Under the pieces are notes generated by a model that did not search any database, was not told where the DNA came from, and worked only from the letters and a program-made list of their open reading frames with translations. DNA of 64,000 nucleotides from positions 133,796,001-133,860,000 of the forward strand of contig OZ024742.1 in assembly GCA_964016885.1 (NCBI GenBank). Reading direction: 5' to 3'. The translations under genes and the position numbers were made by a program. This document shows, one piece after another, positions 62,261 to 64,000 of this stretch (its first letter is position 1; each line of letters begins with the position of its first letter). The DNA comes from Eledone cirrhosa (taxonomy: Eukaryota).

Positions 62261-63323
62261 TCTAATTCATATTTTTGGCACATAAATGGATAAGTTGTTA
62301 ACTAGCTATAGTTAGTAATTGAAATTCGATACTCAGACAATTATGTTCAAACTCAATAGTTTAGCTCTTAGACACACATTCTCGTGTGCAAGCACGCACC
62401 CGGAATCTGTCCGCTTCATAAGCATTGAGAAAAGCGGAAATTTGAAATTGTGCCTCCTCAATTCAACCGCTTTGCTTACAATTCTAGCTACAGGCTTACC
62501 GATTCTAAAAATGCTGCCCAGTGGCTTTTTCGCGTACCTTTGACCTCGTTCGCCCTGTATCAGAGTTATGCGGTGTTCGAATTTCCTCACGCACCCCTGT
62601 CCACATTTTCCGTAATCAGGGGATCTTTTAATCCCATTTTATAATGGTCCATTGATATTCATGGTTGTTTGCATTAGGAACCGTACACTTCTGATTTTGA
62701 CAATGTGTCCTTGGTCAATGACGTGATTTAAATTTCTATTGAAATGTAATATTATATAATATGGGTTTATTTTCTCGTTTGTACACTGCTCAATAAATCA
62801 ATGGAGGTAAATCATCAATAATATTTTGTAGTCCTGGTATTTTTCAGCCTGAGACCCGCTATTTTAAGATAATGTCTTACCTCGCACTCTAGTCGGACAA
62901 AAATTGCATTTTTACCCCTGAGTAAAATGTGATTTTAGATGGCTCTAATGAATGTTCTGAATTAAATAGTCATAGCTATCTAGAGAAATTGTTATAAAAA
63001 GCTGATGTTCTATTTACTGTGTTAATTTAGCTGTTGTTCATCATAGTGTTATTTAGCTTTTTCTTTCGCCGCCTGATTGTTTTTGTAGTTCCTACGTTCC
63101 GTTAATTGAATTAGTGTTGTAAGCGATATTGCTATTAATAATACATCTTTTTATCAACATCATCAGCACCGGGAACAGAGGCGGTGACAGTGGCGCCATC
63201 ATCGTTGTCATTATCATGCTCATCGTAGTCATAGTCAATGCTCTGCTCATTATAATCTTAATAGTTCTCGTTATTATCCTCCTTCATGTTATTGTCATTG
63301 TTGCCACAAATGAGGTTGGTGGA

Positions 63324-63432
63324 AATGATGATGATGATGACGATGTTGATGATGATGATGATGATGATTATGATGATGATGAGGATGATGATGATGGTGA
63401 TGATAATGATGATGATGATGATGATAATGATA
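63324..63432. repeat. (GAT)n trinucleotide repeat
   Basis: Directly visible; explains the poly-D and poly-M ORFs. Confidence 0.9.
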
Positions 63433-63851
63433 GAAGTGCTGGTGGTGGTGGCGATCGTGTGGATATCGATGGTGTTGAAGTTGGCGGAGGTGATATTCGT
63501 GTTAGTGGTGGTGTTGTTGGCGATGATATTATTGTTGTTGAAGTTGTTTAAGTCTCGCTACAGATGAAACGGAAGTCAATCATTTTAACAGCTATAATTC
63601 AATATTTCAACAGACTCTCAATTACAACTAGTGTTGTTCTTAACTTTGATGTTTTTCTTTGATGTACCAACACACATACATCCATCGATGTATCTATACA
63701 CAAAATATTCGTACACATGTACATTCATATTGTTTGTATGATACATCCGCACACAAATACATATTCACAACTCTCACACACACCCACGCATAGAACACAG
63801 GCGCCCATATATATATATACACATATATATATATACATACATATATATATA

Positions 63852-63937
<86 letters not shown>

Positions 63938-64000
63938 TATGTGTGTGTGTGTGTGTATGTGTGTGTGTGTGCGTGTGTGTGTGTACACCATTTCCACTGC

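Noticed and set aside
62333-62644. GC-richer segment with short ORFs, possible exon
   Set aside because: No recognisable domain or supported splice structure
63129-63567. Poly-Asp / poly-Met ORFs
   Set aside because: (GAT)n repeat with no other coding signal

Overview
AT-rich, microsatellite-saturated animal non-coding DNA. It is probably cephalopod/octopus, inferred from the SINE type and the (TA)n/(CA)n density. No host protein-coding gene can be supported, and most ORFs in the track are translations of (TA)n/(CA)n repeats. The window is dominated by Penelope-like retroelements (PLEs; RT + GIY-YIG endonuclease). These include a young, almost intact Naiad-like copy (26985-31682, minus strand, one homopolymer frameshift), decayed Naiad-like, Neptune-like and unassigned copies, and more than a dozen short non-coding fold-back insertions sitting in (TA)n tracts. 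Reading both strands by eye gave about 17 type I hammerhead ribozyme (HHR) motifs with intact CUGANGA/GAAA/NUH cores, plus several decayed ones, often with a palindromic mini stem III. Two things stand out. (i) A 310-bp non-coding tandem repeat (10531-11463) carries one HHR per unit, is highly structured and ends in a PLE-style inversion; it is a retrozyme-like candidate for a 310-nt circular RNA. (ii) Several unrelated families share a stereotyped insertion architecture: an inverted short arm plus a long arm with a fixed tail. Also present are tRNA-derived SINEs, two Helitron derivatives, CRE-, L1/Tx1- and RTE-like LINE relics, a mariner relic and a hAT MITE. All coordinates and alignments were read manually; element boundaries are approximate.
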